This document shows, in pieces, positions 29,836-44,250 of a DNA stretch of 64,000 nucleotides. Position numbers and translations under genes: made by a program. Under the pieces are notes generated by a model. It worked only from the letters and a program-made list of their open reading frames with translations, was not told the origin of the DNA and made no database searches. The stretch's first letter is position 1. Each line of letters begins with the position of its first letter. The DNA is from Eledone cirrhosa. Its lineage: Eukaryota. Location of the stretch: the NCBI GenBank assembly GCA_964016885.1, contig OZ024744.1, positions 36,146,001 through 36,210,000 on the forward strand, in the 5' to 3' direction.

Positions 29836-31462
29836 GCCTGTCCCCTCTGTTGTTTGTCCTTGCCCTGATGCCCTTGACCATTATGCTGCGAAAAGTGAGA
29901 GCAGGATACAAGTTGGGAAGGGGAGAGCTTACCATCAATCACCTCCTCTTCATGGACGATCTTAAGCTCTTCGGGAAAAGTGAGAAGGAGTTGGATGTGC
30001 TTGTTGACACTGTCCGTATTTTCAGCAGTGATATATGTATGCAGTTTGGTATTGGTAAATGTGGAGTCATTGTGATGAGGAGGGGTAGGTTGAGCAGAAG
30101 TAACGGGATCCAGATACCAACAGGTGAGATGATAAAGGAAATTGACTCTGAGGAAGGATACAAGTATTTGGGCGTTCTGGAGGCTGATGGCATAAAGAAA
30201 AAAAAAATGAAGGAATTGTTAAGAACTGAATACATTCGGAGAGTAAGGAGCGTATTGAAGTCACATCTGAACAGCAGAAATGCCATAAGCGCAGTAAATT
30301 CCCGAGCTGTGTCTATTATTAGGTACAGTGCGGGAATTCTGAGATGGAATGTTGCTGAACAAAAAGAAATGGATAGGAAGACTAGGAAGCTATTGACTAT
30401 CTACAACATGTTCCACAAGAGGAGTGATGTCGATAGACTCTACCTAAGGAGATCTGAGGGTGGAAGAGGTCTTATCAGCATAGAGGACTGTGTTCAGATG
30501 GAGAAAAACAACCTATACAAATACGTGACCTATAGTAAGGAGCCAATGCTCAGAGCTGTACTGAAGGAGGGGACAGTAGGCCAGGGGATACCCAAGGAGG
30601 AAATAACATCAAGGAGGAAGAGCAGCCTTAAGGGAAAATCCCTTCATAGTACCTTCTTTGAGAAAACTGAATTTAGAGATCCACAGACATGGAACTGGTT
30701 GAGAAGAGGAGACCTCAAAAAGGCTACAGAAGGAATGCTAATGGCTGCGCAGGAGCAGGCCCTCAAAACGAAGTGGTTGAAGCACCATATCTACAAGGAG
30801 GAGGCTAGCCCACTGTGCAGGATCTGTGGAGAGAGAGAGGAGACTGTGGCTCACATTGTGTCCGAGTGTAAACACCTAGCCCAGACCCACTATAAGGGCT
30901 GGAGACACGATGTAATGGGCAGGGTGATCCACTGGCACCTGTGCAAAGTAAACAATCTACCACATTCTGAGAAATGGTATGAGCATAGGCCAGAGGCGGT
31001 GATGGAGAACAGTCAGGTGAAGGTGCTGTGGGATTTTAGGATACAGACGGACAAAAAACTGGAACACAATAGACCTGACCTGGTGGTTGTGGACAAAGAA
31101 AAAAGATCGTGCCTGATTGTGGATGTGGCCTGCCCGTTCGACACGAGAGTGCAAGAGAAGGAGAGGGAGAAAATTAACCGATACCAGGACCTAAAGTGGG
31201 AGGTGAAAAGGATTTGGAACTGCCATGAAGTCAAAGTGATCCCGATTGTCATAGGCGCACTGGGGACTATCTCCAAAGGTTTCCAGGGATGGTTAAAGAA
31301 AATCGGCCCCTTCACGCTTTTTGGAACGCTTCAAAAGGCATGCTTGCTTGGAACGGCAAGAACCCTCCGATACGTCCTGAATATCTGAGGCTGCAGGTAG
31401 TGGCTTGATATTCAATCCAACGGACTTTCCAGTTAACCAACATCAATGACTGAGATTCAAGG
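29835..31462 (+). mobile_element. Dong/R4-clade RLE LINE family A, 5'-truncated, reading frame open to stop at 31388
   Basis: HLLFMDD, CRICGEREETVAHIVSEC, RHD, RPD..D..K..Y nuclease motifs. Flanked by (AAT)n. Confidence 0.93.
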
Positions 31463-31502
31463 AATAACAATAACAATAATAATAATAATAATAATGATAA
31501 TA

Positions 31503-34500
31503 AAGAAGTCCTTGAGGCTTTCTACACTGCCATGTACTACCCATCAAATACATCGAATACAGAACAGACATATATCAACTGGAAAAGGAAACATCCCGAA
31601 AACAGAGGCTATATTGACAGTAACAAACTAGCCAATATACGAAGAAATATTGTAAAAAAAAAGTTACTAACTGATATAGAAACTGATCAGATAAAGCTTT
31701 TAGCACAAAGTCAGCGAAGGGAAAATGAAACATGTGTCAGTGAAAACGAGGTAAATTGTAACACTTCGAATCCCAGGGTTGGGGCGGAATCACTGGCAAC
31801 AGAACAAATTAAAGAAAGGATCGAAAAAGTGGAGGGAGTGCATGCTCAAGATGAAACTCCAAATGAAAATAATGAGATCGTAAATGATAAAGAAATGAAT
31901 GAGAATGAACTTGCCAACTCGAAGGATGAAATTATGATCGAATGGATGAAAATGAAAGAATCTGACATGGGGCAACGAGACACCCTCCCTAAGATCCAGA
32001 ACTCCAAACAGAACCAAAAGATAATACACAAGACTAACATAATTATCAAAAACATTATCATCACAAACAAACTAAATATTACTGATTTAAATCATCTTTA
32101 TTATGCATCGGCTAAAGTCACCACTCACTTATGTGGAGTGAAGATGAAAAAACAAAGGAATTCCCACAAGAAATCTACTTGGCAAGAGAGAACATCAATC
32201 GGCAAATAAACCTTCTCCGATCTGACATAGAAATTTAAAAAAACTATCAAGTAGGTGAACATGTTAAACAAACTAAACTTAGAAAATTGAAAAGAAAGTA
32301 CAGTATAAAATCAACAAGTGACATAGACATGCTGATAGAAATAATCAAGCAAAAAGTGTCGGCAAAAGCTGCTCGTATAAGGCGCTTTGAAAAACGATCT
32401 AGATTCTATAAGGATAATAATATGTTCAAAACCAACCAAAGAAACTTCTACAGAAAAATTGGTAAGTCAACAATAACTGCTAAATCAATACCACCCAAGG
32501 AGGAAGTGCAAGAATTCTGGGAAAAGATCTGGGCCGAAGAAAAAGTTCATAATATACATGCCCCATGGAAAGACAGACAAATGAAAGAAACAGCTCACCT
32601 TGAGGAACACATATGGGAAAATATAACAGTTGAACAGTTGCGTTTGGCTCTAAGAAAAACCAGCAAATAGAAATCCCCAGGAAAAGACAAAATACTAAAT
32701 TTTTGGATAAATGCCTTCACAGAGTCTCATGAGCTGTTAGCCCAACTTTTCAATGAAATAGGAGCCAGTAAAGATACCATCATGGCTAGTTAACGGCATT
32801 ACATTCCTGCTTCCGAAGAATGATGAGACAAACAATTCCAAACATTACAGACCGATAACTTGCTTGACCACAATGTATAACTTTTTAACATCAGTCCTAA
32901 CTGAATATACATATGACCACCTGATAACAAATGACCTATTTCCCATTGAGCAGAAAGGGTGTAAACGAGGCTCATATGGCTGTAAGGATCAGCTTTTAGT
33001 TAACAAAATGATACTGGAAGATTGTCATAATAGACACAACAATCTACCAATTGCTTGGATAGATTATAAAAAAGCATTCGATAGTTTGCCACACAGTTGG
33101 ATTGAAAAATGTTTAGAGATTTTCAAAATATCCCCCGTTGTCAGGAGGTTTTTGTCATTCAGTATGAAGACATGGAAAACGACACTCCTTTTGAATAGTG
33201 AAACAAAATCACTGGAAGCTGGAGAAGTTAATATTAATTGTAGAATTTTTCAGGGTGACTCTTTATCACCGCTCTTATTCTGCATCGCACTTATACCATT
33301 AAGTAAAATGCTCAATGAAACAAAACATGGATATAAAGTCTATGACAAAACCATTAATCACTTGTTCTACATGGATGACCTGAAACTATTTGCCAAAAAT
33401 GATGAACAATTGCAAGGGCTATTATCCACTGTGGAGCAGTTCAGTGATGACATTAACATGGAGTTTGGAGTAGATAAATGCGCCAAAGCAACGTTCACCA
33501 GAGGAAAGCTGCTGAAGAGTTCAGACATTAATCTTGATCGGGGGAACGTGATAAGAGCACTTGATCAAGAGGAAACGTACAAATATCTAGGTGTTTGTGA
33601 AGGAGACAGAATCAAGCATTCGACAATGAGGGAAATGATAAGGAAGGAATGTTACCGCAGAGTAAGAGCAATCTTAAGAACGGAATTGAATGCAAGGAAT
33701 AGGATCTATGCCATAAACACGCTTGCCATACCAGTAGTAACCTACAGTTACAATGTCATCAACTGGTCAAGCACAGAGATCCGTAGGCTCGATACAAAAA
33801 TTCGAAAATTCTTAACCATGCACAGAATGCATCACCCTAAGGCAGATACAGATGAAATATATCTCCCTAGGAAAGAAGGAGGACGTGGGTTAATCCAGTT
33901 AGACATTACGTTGAAAACTGCAACAATTGGATTATCTACATATCTAAGGGAATCACATGATTGGATGATCAAACTCGTTTTGAAACACGAAAGCATCAAG
34001 AGATCATACTCCATTACAAAAGATGCACAAAGATACAGTAATGGACTACACATTTCAGAAGTCCCATTTACTGCTGAAATGGAAAACACAGGAAAAGCAA
34101 AGCAGGTAAAAGTAACTGCAAAGAAAGAACTGCTACAGAAACTGGCTAAGAAATGGCAAGAAAAGCCTCTGTATGGAAAATACCCAGAACGAGCTAACAA
34201 TCCTGATGTTGACAAAACTTTAACCCATCAGTGGTTGGCATCCTCTGGACTGAAATCGGAGACTGAAGGACTGATTATATCAGCACAAGATCAGTGTCTG
34301 CCAACAAAAAATTACCAAGCCAACATAATAAAAAATGGATGCAGCCCATTATGCCGTGTATGTAAAAAACAACCAGAGTCCATTGATCATATAATTTCAA
34401 TGTGCAGTCCTATAGCTCCAGCCGAATACCTAAACAGGCATGACAGAGCTACACAATACATACATTGGATAATGTGTAAGCATTTTGACCTGCCCCATCA

Positions 34501-35056
34501 AAAGAATTGGTGGGATCATCAGCCACCTCCCATACTTGAAAAAGACCACATCTCAATCTTGTGGAACTTTAGCATCCAAACAGACCGAAAAATAGATGCA
34601 AATAGACCTGATATAATACTGAAGGACTTTAAAAAGAGAGTATACCTGCTAATTGATATGTCCGTTCCAATAGACAAGAATGTATCTATAAAAACATTTG
34701 AAAAATTGAGCAAGTATAAGGACCTGGAGATAGAAATTGGAAAAATGTGGAAATTGAGAACTAAAACAATACCAGTGGTTGTAGGCGCTCTAGGAATGAT
34801 ACCTAAGGGGTCTAATGATTACTTATCGCAAATCCCTGGAAACCCGCGTATAGGAGAAATACAAAATATAGTACTAATGGGAACTGCCCATATACTAAGG
34901 AAGATTCTGTCAATATAAGTACATCACAAGTCTAAACACTAAGATGCATGTGTGAGTATGTATGTTCTTGCTTGAACATGGCGGACCTTGTTGTCTCTTG
35001 AGGTCACTGGGTGTGACTTGGTGATAACTCGTATGAACATAAAGCAAGATAAATGC

Positions 35057-35057
<1 letters not shown>
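31503..35057 (+). mobile_element. Dong/R4-clade RLE LINE family B, nearly full-length, disrupted
   Basis: ORFs 31532-32209, 32287-32670 and 32864-34918 (EQKG, DYKKAFD, FQGD, YMDD, CRVC..H..C, RHD, RPD). (AAT)n on both sides. Confidence 0.93.
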
Positions 35058-35123
<66 letters not shown>

Positions 35124-35126
<3 letters not shown>

Positions 35127-37985
35127 TTTCATTTATTAGCCACAAGGGCCGACATGTAGGTGACAATACAAAGACAGGGACAGTGGGGGTTTACAATAAG
35201 GTCGAGTAAAAGTGCACAATGGCAAGACTAATCTAACAATGAAAATATAAAAATATAAAATAAACTATGCGTAAATATAACAAAATAAATTCCCCGATAG
35301 GGCTGGACGACCCTGGGGTGACTCGGGTGCCCCACCAATTCTGAACAACCCTGCTCTTCTAGGGCACCTCTCTCTTCAAGTTAGCTAGCCTATAGGCGCA
35401 TGGTCAGAGTAGGCCCATTCACACGAGCCATTCTCGCCACATTCACCACCTTTTAGCAAATGTACTGGGGGGCAGCACTTCTCTCTCTACCCTCACCTTC
35501 CTTTCCAGGTTAAACTTGAAGAAGTTGATGAGGGATTGGCCGAAGAGAAAAGTGTCTGTCTTCAGTCCTTTTAACATGGTCCACCATATAACCTCTTTCG
35601 TAACTGCCTCAAGACAGAGGAAAATTTCCTGCTCTTCCTGACCTAAGGAAGGCGGTGGATCGATCCTCACTATGGACTCGGCCGATACCCGGATTCGTTC
35701 CACACGCGACAGTAGCTGTTCGACATAACTCCACAAGTCAGTAATGCACGGACATTGGACAAGTGCGTGCAGGACGGTTTCGTCGTTCTGTGCGCATCTT
35801 GGGCAGGTCCGTCTGACAGCACTTCCGAGCCTGTAGAGTTTATCCCGAACCGGCAGTGCTCCCCGGTAGCACTGCCAAGCGAGGGATATCTGGAAATTTT
35901 CCATCGCGTCCGGCTCAAAAGTCCTCCGGTACAGACTGGTCAGTTCGACTTCGTCGAGGCCCAAAGCTTCTCCGAGTGCGTCATCGCACTTGCCCACCAC
36001 TAATCCTCTATAGAACTCGAGAGTGAAAGTTCCACTGATCACATTGCCCGCTTGGTAGAGGGCAGTGAGTGGCTGGCAACATTCCAGGTGCCAGTCACCC
36101 AGTATCGGTCTCTTCTTGCAGCTCAGTCAAAGAAATGAGCTGCGGAAAGGCCCGTCTGATAAACGGCGACCACACCTGTTCACCGTTGAGGCAGAATATC
36201 TGGAGATGTCGCAGCCTCAACGCATGTTTGCGCATCATTAGCCACGGCATGGCAAGCCCTCCACGTAGAGGGTGCTGGCAGCAGGTGGACCGCCTCACCA
36301 ACGGAACTTGTCCTCTCCACGAGAATTTGAAGAGGAGCCGTTCCAACTTGACGAGGCGCGGACGGGGGCAAGGCACGACGGTCAGGCGGTAGTAGATGAC
36401 GGACGCGATGTACGCATTCACCACCTCCGCGCGACCTTTCAGTGATAGCTTCCTCCCAGCCCATTTTTGGGTGAGACTGGCTACTCTGCTCATTACCTCG
36501 TCCCAACTCTTTTCCACCTGGAGGTCTGGTCCGAACCAAACCCCAAGCAACTTTACCGGTCCGTCCGTCCAGCGCCTAACGACGCTGTTGGACGGCATGG
36601 GCTTACCTTTCCAGGTTCCGAGCTACAAGCCCACCGACTTTGCCTGGTTAAGTTTGGCTCCTGTCAACCTTTCATATTCCTTCAATAAGGTGCCGACCAC
36701 CTCGATTTCTGAGGTGTTCGACGCCATCACGGTGATGTCGTCCGCATAAGCCGACACCGCCTTTCCACGTCCCGGTTCGAGCCGGATGCCCTGCAACAGC
36801 TCCAGTTTCCGCAGTAACGGCTCGAGAGTCAATACGTACAGAAGGTAAGAGAGAGGGCACCCTTGACGTACCGATCGGGAGAGCCGAAATGGTTCGAGAG
36901 GTGGCCATTAACCTTGACCACGGGGCGTGTGCCGCTGTGCAGCGATCCAGCTCCTAAAGACAGGGCCAAAGCCAGCTGCTTTGAGGACAAACTCCAGATA
37001 CCGATGGTCGACCCTATCGAATGCTTTCGATTGATCTAAATTGATCAGTGCCCCACCGAAGCCAGGTTTACACCCTACCCTCTCTATGATGTATCGCATG
37101 AGGTGGAGATTGTCGTGTATGGACCTGGCTGGGATTGCGCAAGTTTACGCCTCCCCAACCAAATCCTCGAAGACTAGCGCCAATCTCTTTGCTAACACCT
37201 TGGCCAAAATCTTAAACTCTGTGTTGAGCAGAGTTATGGGCCTGAAGTTGTCTAATGTATCCCTCTTGTTCTCGTCTTTCCTTATCAGCGTCACCACTCC
37301 CCTGCTCACAGAACTGGGAATACTCCCATTCTGCTGCCAGTTGCAATAGAGTGCTTCGAGGAGTTCGGAGAACAAGTCTGGCATATTTACGTAAAGCTCG
37401 TAGGGCAGGCCATCCAAATCGGGTGACTTGCGCCTCATGCAGCCGACAAGGGCGTTCTGAATTTCGGCTGAAGTAATCGGCCTTTCGCAGCGCTCAGCGT
37501 CGACCGTCGAGATGTGCGGCAAGCTGTCAAGGTAGGGACTGAAATCCGCTACTCTCTCTGACTCGCTACTCTCCCCGAACAACCGAGCAAAGTGCTGACG
37601 AAAGGCCTCACACATCCGCTTGGAATCGCTTATCTCGTGTCCGTCTCGGTCCACCAAAGCCCGAATTGTGGTTTTATTACCACGCTGCGCTTCCACCACG
37701 CGAGCCCATCGAACAGCTTTGGTTCCCTCGTTTCTCAGCGCACGCGCCCTAGCTCTGACAATGCAACCTTCGTGTTTGGCATTGAAAAATGGTCTAATGC
37801 CATTCTCGCCGCTAGCACGTCAGTTGCAATGCCACTACAAATAGCCGCGTCTAACTTATCTACCAGCTCCCCCTCCTTTCTATTTTTCTCTAACGCTAGT
37901 TCTTTGCTGAACTTTATCGAAGTTACTCTAATCTCTCTTTTGAGAGCCCCCATCATCTGTTGTTGATGATCCCCCCTGTCAACTA
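35124..37985 (-). mobile_element. 5'-truncated L1/Tx1-like LINE in (AAT)n, opposite orientation to Dong
   Basis: FRPITLLNTEFKILAK, DQSKAFDRV, AYADD, LSLKGR, CPRC..ETVLHALVQC. AATAAA precedes the (ATT)n tail. Confidence 0.9.
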
Positions 37986-38029
<44 letters not shown>

Positions 38030-41000
38030 TAAAAATGGCTAAGTGGATAGACAGGCAAATAATTTCGCCACCAACACCACCACCGCCACCATCACCACTA
38101 CCACGCCAAAAACTCTAGTCAAGTTACCTCAACTTATATTTCTACTTCAACTTCAACACCATCACTACAGTACTACGATCACATCACCGCCACTACTGCC
38201 TCATTATCGCTACCGCCGCTATTCTCTCCCACTACCTCCTGCTAAGTACTACTAGTACAGCACCACCAACACCAGGACCGCTGCCTCATTATCACTATCG
38301 CCGCTATTCTCTTCCACTACCTCCTGCTACATCGTAGTGTCCCCACTATAAGAGGAAGGCATCAAAATATATAAATAGACTGATTTGATGACCCGGTCAA
38401 AAAATCGAAAAATCAAAAATCAAAATCAAAACAGCACAGCAACAACGAAAAACGTAAAGAAAAGAAAAAATGAAGAGAAAAACAAACAGACAGACAGAGA
38501 AGAAAAAAAAAAAAACTAAGTCAGCCATTCAAACATTACATTATAATGAAACTTGTGGTTAATCTTTTTTTTTTTTTTTTACCTATTTGTTTGTTTGTTT
38601 ATTTATGTTCGTCTACAGCGTGATAGTGCCACACAAAAATCACCGAGCGTGATGAAATCACCGGTGGTTATGTAACCATACATTCACCGATCCTCGATAA
38701 GAGTGTTTAAATGTCGAACCAAAACAGTTCGAATAACGATGAAGTGGAGACTGGAATGTCATGTGACAGACTCTCACCCAGAAGGTGCTCCCTGGCTCAG
38801 CAGCAGGGACCTGGCTGTCAACCAAATACTGCTGGTGTCGGAGGAAGAAGAAGGAAAGGGACCAGAACCAACTGGACGAAAGAATTGAATAGAACTGTTA
38901 TGCAATGTTACCTGAAGAGTAACCCCAAGGAGAAAGGCTACAGGAAACGAATGCATAACATCTGGAACGAGATTGGACTATTTAAATTAGATGAACAAAA
39001 ATTGGCCGGGCAGGTTCGGGTAATAATAACTGATGGGTGGATAAGCGAGCTGGAACTGGAGGAACTGAGCAGAGAGATTAGGTTGGAAATGGAGAGTGGA
39101 GTATGCCAGGCAAACGAGCCAGTGGGAAATGAAGGTGAAGACGTTGAGAGAACGGAGGAACCATCCGAAGCAGACAATGATCTGAATGCTGAAATATATA
39201 ATACCTGGAACAAAGATACGGCCATTGAGGAGATGAATGCTGACGGGCTAGGACAAGATTTGGTTGATATCCTAAACTTAGTGGTAGATGAAATGAACAA
39301 TGATAATGGGAAACCTATGAACCTAAGATTTGTAGACAGGAAAAAGTTAAAAGAAACAACAGCTAAGGTAAACAAAGTCATCCCATACCTTGAGGCGAGG
39401 AGCCTTCACCAGTGCAACAATATCCTCAAAGCAACAGCAAATGCAGTGTGGAAATTAATTGGTATAAAAGCGAGAGGAAACAACAGACAAGAAAGAGCAG
39501 AGCCTTGGTGGAAGAAACGACTGAATGGTCAAATCAGAAAAATGAGAAATGACATTGGAAAGCTTGAGTCCCTACTGAATGGGACACTAAAAAACATAGA
39601 CACTAAAAATAGACTGGAAATAAAGTACAAAACTAGGAGGAAAAAGCTAAATATTATCATACAGGAACTGAAGCAACGCATTGTAGCAAAGAGTGCAAAA
39701 ATTAGGCGATACGAGAGCAGAGTCAGTCAGTATAGACAGAACCGCATGTTTGACAACAACCAGATGATGCTGTTTGAACAGCTTGAAGGGAAAGAAAGAG
39801 GCAACGACTTGATCCCTGAGGCGGAACAAACTAAGACATTCTGGAGAGGAATATGGGAACAGGATGTTAAACATAATGACCAGGCAGTGTGGATTGAAAC
39901 AGTACAAAAGGAGATTAGTGAACAGGCACACCAACAAACTGATTTGAGTATCACAGTTGAAACTCTTAAGGGTCAGGCGAAAAAACTAACCAACTGGATA
40001 TCACCAGGCCCAGATGGTGTGCAGGGGTATTGGATTAAAAATATAACATCCCTCCACCCGAAACTGACAACCATGTTCAATGACTGCTTGATGTCAGGTG
40101 AGGTACCAGAGTGGTTGACAAAAGGTACCACAGTTCTGCTAATGAAAAACCGAATCAAGGGTAATGAGGTTACCAACTATAGACCTATCACATGTCTGTC
40201 CGTAATGTAGGAACTGTTGACAAGCATTATGTCTGAGGAAATCTACCATCACCTCCACACAAACAACTTGTTACCGGACGAACAGAAAGGATGCTGAAAG
40301 AAGTCCCGTGGTACAAAGGACCAGTTACTTATTGATAAGATGGTAATGAGGAATTGCAAGAGGAGACACACTGGTCTTGCCATGGGATGGATAGACTACA
40401 AAAAGGCATTTGACATGGTGCCTCATTCTTGGATCACCAAAAGCCTAGTGATCTTCAAGGTGGCAGATAACATCAGACAGTTGTTGGGCAAAAGTATGAA
40501 GTCCTGGAAAACAGAGTTAACATCAGCTGGAGAACCCTTGGAAGGCGTGAAGATCAAGAGAGGTATCTTCCAGGGAGATAGTCTGTCCCTTCTGTTGTTT
40601 GTCTTTGCCCTGATGCCCGCGAACATTATACTGCGAAAAGTGAGAGCAGGATACAAGTTGGGAAAGGGAGAGCTTACCATCAATCACCTCCTCTTCATGG
40701 ACGATCTTAAGCTCTTCGGGAAGAGTGAGAAGGAGTTGGATGTGCTTGTTGACACTGTCCGTATTTTCACCAATGATATATGTATGCAATGTGGTATTAG
40801 TAAGTCTGGAGTCCTTGTGATGAAGAGGGTGGTAAATTGAGCAGAAGTAACGGAATCCAGGTACCAACAGGTGAGATGATAAAGGAAATTGACTCTGAAG
40901 AAGGATACAAGTATTTGGGTGTTCTGGAGGCTGATGACATCAAGAACAAAAAAATGAAGGAATTGATAAGATCTGAATACCTTCGGAGAGTAAGGAGCCC

Positions 41001-42157
41001 ATTAAAGTCACATCTGAACAGTAGGAATGCCATAAGTGCAGTAAATTCCCGATCTGTGTCTATTATTAGGTACAGTGCGGGAATACCTGAGATGGAATGT
41101 TGCTGAACAAAAAGAAATGGATAGGAAGACTAGGAAGCTATTGACTATCTACAATATGTTACACAAGAGGAGTGATGTCGATAGACTCTACTTAAGGAGA
41201 TCTGAAGGTGGAAGATCTTATCAGCATAGAGGACTGTGTTCAGATGGAGAAAAACAACCTACACAAATACGCGACTGATAGTAAGGAGCTAATGCTCAGA
41301 ATTGTACTGAAGGAGAGGACAATAGACCAGGGGATGTCCAAGGAGGAAATAACAACAACGAGAAAGAGCAGCCTTCATGAAAAATCCCTTCATAGTACCT
41401 TCTTTGAGAAAACTGAATTCAGAGATCCACAGACATGGAACTGGTTTAAAAGAGGAGACCTTAAAAAGGCTACAGAAGGAATGCTAATGGCTGCGCAAGA
41501 GCAGTCACTCAAAACGAAGTGGGTGGAACACCATATTTACAAGGATCTGTGCAGAGAGAGAGGAGACTGTGGCTCACATATGTATCCGAATGTAAACACC
41601 TAGCCCAGACTCACTATAAAGGCTGGAGACATGATGTGATGGGCAGGGTGATCCACTGATCACAGGGTGATTTACCACATTCTGAGAAGCGGTATGAGCA
41701 TATGCTAAGAGTCGATTATAGAAACCGATCAGGTGAAGGTGCTATGGGATTTTAGGATACAGACGGATAAGAAACTGGAACACAATAGACCTGACCTGGT
41801 GGTTTTGGACAAGAGAAGAAGATCGTGCCTGATTGTAGATGTAGCCTGCCCATTTGACACGAGAGTGCTAGAAAGACTTAAAGTGGGAGGTAAAAAGGAT
41901 TTGGAACTGCCATGAAGTCAGAGTCGTCCCGATTGTCATAGGCGCATTAGGTACTATCTCAAAGAGTTTCCAAGGATGGTTAAAGAAAATTAGTCCAGCC
42001 CCGCTTTTTGGAACACTTCAAAAGCATGCTTGCTGGGAACAGAAAGAACCCTCCGATACGTCCTGACTATCTGAGGCTGCAGGTAGCGGCTTGATATTCA
42101 TTTCAACAAACTTTCCAGTTAAATAACATCAATGACTGACACTCAAAGAACAATGAA
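38030..42157 (+). mobile_element. Dong/R4 family A, full ORF (ATG 38711, disrupted) with partial 5' region
   Basis: ORF 38711-40210 with R4-type N-terminus (WTKELN..CY..GYRKRM..W), RT and RLE pieces. 3' UTR matches 31389-31462. Confidence 0.93.
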
Positions 42158-42197
42158 AATAATAATAATAATAATAATAATGATTTCATTTAATAAT

Positions 42198-42952
42198 AAG
42201 AAGAAGGAAAGAAGACGGAAGAGGGGAAAAAGACGCACGTGGTGGATAGACTGTTATGGAATCGCTCCCGTAAGTTTTTGATTTTTAACATTTTTAAAAC
42301 AATTGTGATATAATAATTCTTAGTACAAATGGGACATAAAGCACCAGGCTCCACTCTCAGGAAATGAGAATCCATAGTATCCTATTATATCGCTCAAATA
42401 TTCAATTTTGTATTATAAATTTTATATTCAAAAAAGAAAATGCTTATAAATGGAAGAAAACCCCCTCTATCTACACTATATAGAACAGCCAAATAACAGC
42501 AATTTCACCACCACCACCACAACCTAGATACACCACCTATCCCATCACCCCTCTGTGTACACTAAATACAACAGCCAGATAACGGCAATTTCACCACCAC
42601 CACCACCAATCCCAGCATAATAATAATAATTACTATTATTGTATCTCAAGTTTTCTCAAAATGTTTAAATCAAATATTAAGAAAATATGTCAACACATAT
42701 ATTAAACATACGCGACAAACCGCATAGATACACATATCAGACAAACGCATACTACTACAGTCTATTCAACAGCAGTCAGTAACGACAACGCCATCACTAT
42801 AGTCATCGCCGCCACCAATCCTTCATTGCTACCACCACTATTCCCCCACTACCTTATGTTAACTTAAGAAAGGGGAAGGTGGCGGTATCACTAGACTAGG
42901 GAGAGGCTACTAGCAAAAGATATAAATAGACTGACTTAGTGACCCGGTCAAA
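42198..42952 (+). mobile_element. orphan Dong family A 5' module without ORF
   Basis: Aligns by eye to the reverse complement of 54240-54724 and ends in ATAAATAGACTGACTTAGTGACCCGGTCAAA. Confidence 0.75.
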
Positions 42953-43074
42953 CGTCAACGACTGTGGCACTGCTGGCTCCCCCCTTCCCCACCAACAATA
43001 GAAAAAGCCCCAGCACCACCACCGACATAGCCAACAACAATAACAGGCAACTTCAGCAAAAAGTATATTATATT

Positions 43075-44250
43075 AATAATAATTTCATTCTTAAGCCACG
43101 CAATGCTCACATTAAGGAACCACTCATAATAATAACAATTTAAAAAACAACAAAAAAAGAAAACCGGGATGGCGGCCGGCGGGGAATAGCCGTGGACCAT
43201 ACTTCCGCGCCTGTAGAGTTTATCTTAAACCTACAGTGCCCACCTGTAGCACTGCCAAGCGAGGGATTTCTAGAAGTTGTTCGTTAGTACCCGGCTCCAA
43301 TGTTCTCCGAAACAGACATGCCTGTTCCATTTGGTTGAAGCCCAGAACCTCTCCGAGATTGTCGTTGCACTTACCCATTATTCCTCCATAGAACTTTAGA
43401 GTGGAATTTTCACTTACCGCATTGGTCGACTGGCTGCGGGTAGTAAGCACCTGGCACTATTCCAGATGCCAGGCGCCCAGAGTTGGTCATCGCTTGATCC
43501 AGGACTGCAGCTCAGTGAAAGAGACGGGCTGGGAAAAGACCTGTCTGATAATCAGCGACAACACAAGTTAACCGTTTAAGAATATCTGGAGATGTAGCGT
43601 CGGCACAAATTTGTGCGTCATCAGCCACAACATGCTCAACACTCCGCGTAGAGAGTACTGGCGGCATATGAACCGCCTCACCAATAGAACCTTTCCCTTC
43701 CAAAAGAATTTGAAGAGCATGCTTTCCAATATGGTGAGTTGAGAAATGGGACAGGACATGAGGGACAGGTGGTAATAGATAGCGGACACGATGTATACGT
43801 TCGCCACCTCCACTCGAGCTTTCAGGGATAGATGTTTCTCTGTCCATTTCTGGATGAGAGTGATTACCCTGCTCGTTAGCTTGACCCATTTCTTATCCAC
43901 CTGGAGATCTGGTTTGAACCAGACCCCGAGCAATTTAACCGCTCCATTCATCCAGCATCCGACAACGCTGTTGAACGGCATGAATTTGCCTCACCAGTAC
44001 CGCGCTGCAAATCCACAGATTTTTCCGGGTTGATCTTTCCTCCCATCAACGCTTCATATTCCTCTAAGCAGTTACCGATCACCGCTATTTCCAAGGTGAT
44101 CGACACCATCACGGTGACGTCATCCGCATATGCCCATGTAGCCCTACCATGTTCCGATTCGAGCGGAGTGCTCTGTAACAGCTCCAGCTCCCACAGTAGT
44201 GCCTCGAAAGTCAGTACTTACAGAAAAGAGGAGCAACTTTGCTTCAAGGA
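43075..44250 (-). mobile_element. decayed, internally deleted L1/Tx1-like fragment related to 35124-37985
   Basis: KLLGVWFKPDLQVDKKW..LSLKARVEVANVYI and AYADD, with a similar 3' end (ATTTCATT..AGCCAC). Confidence 0.85.
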
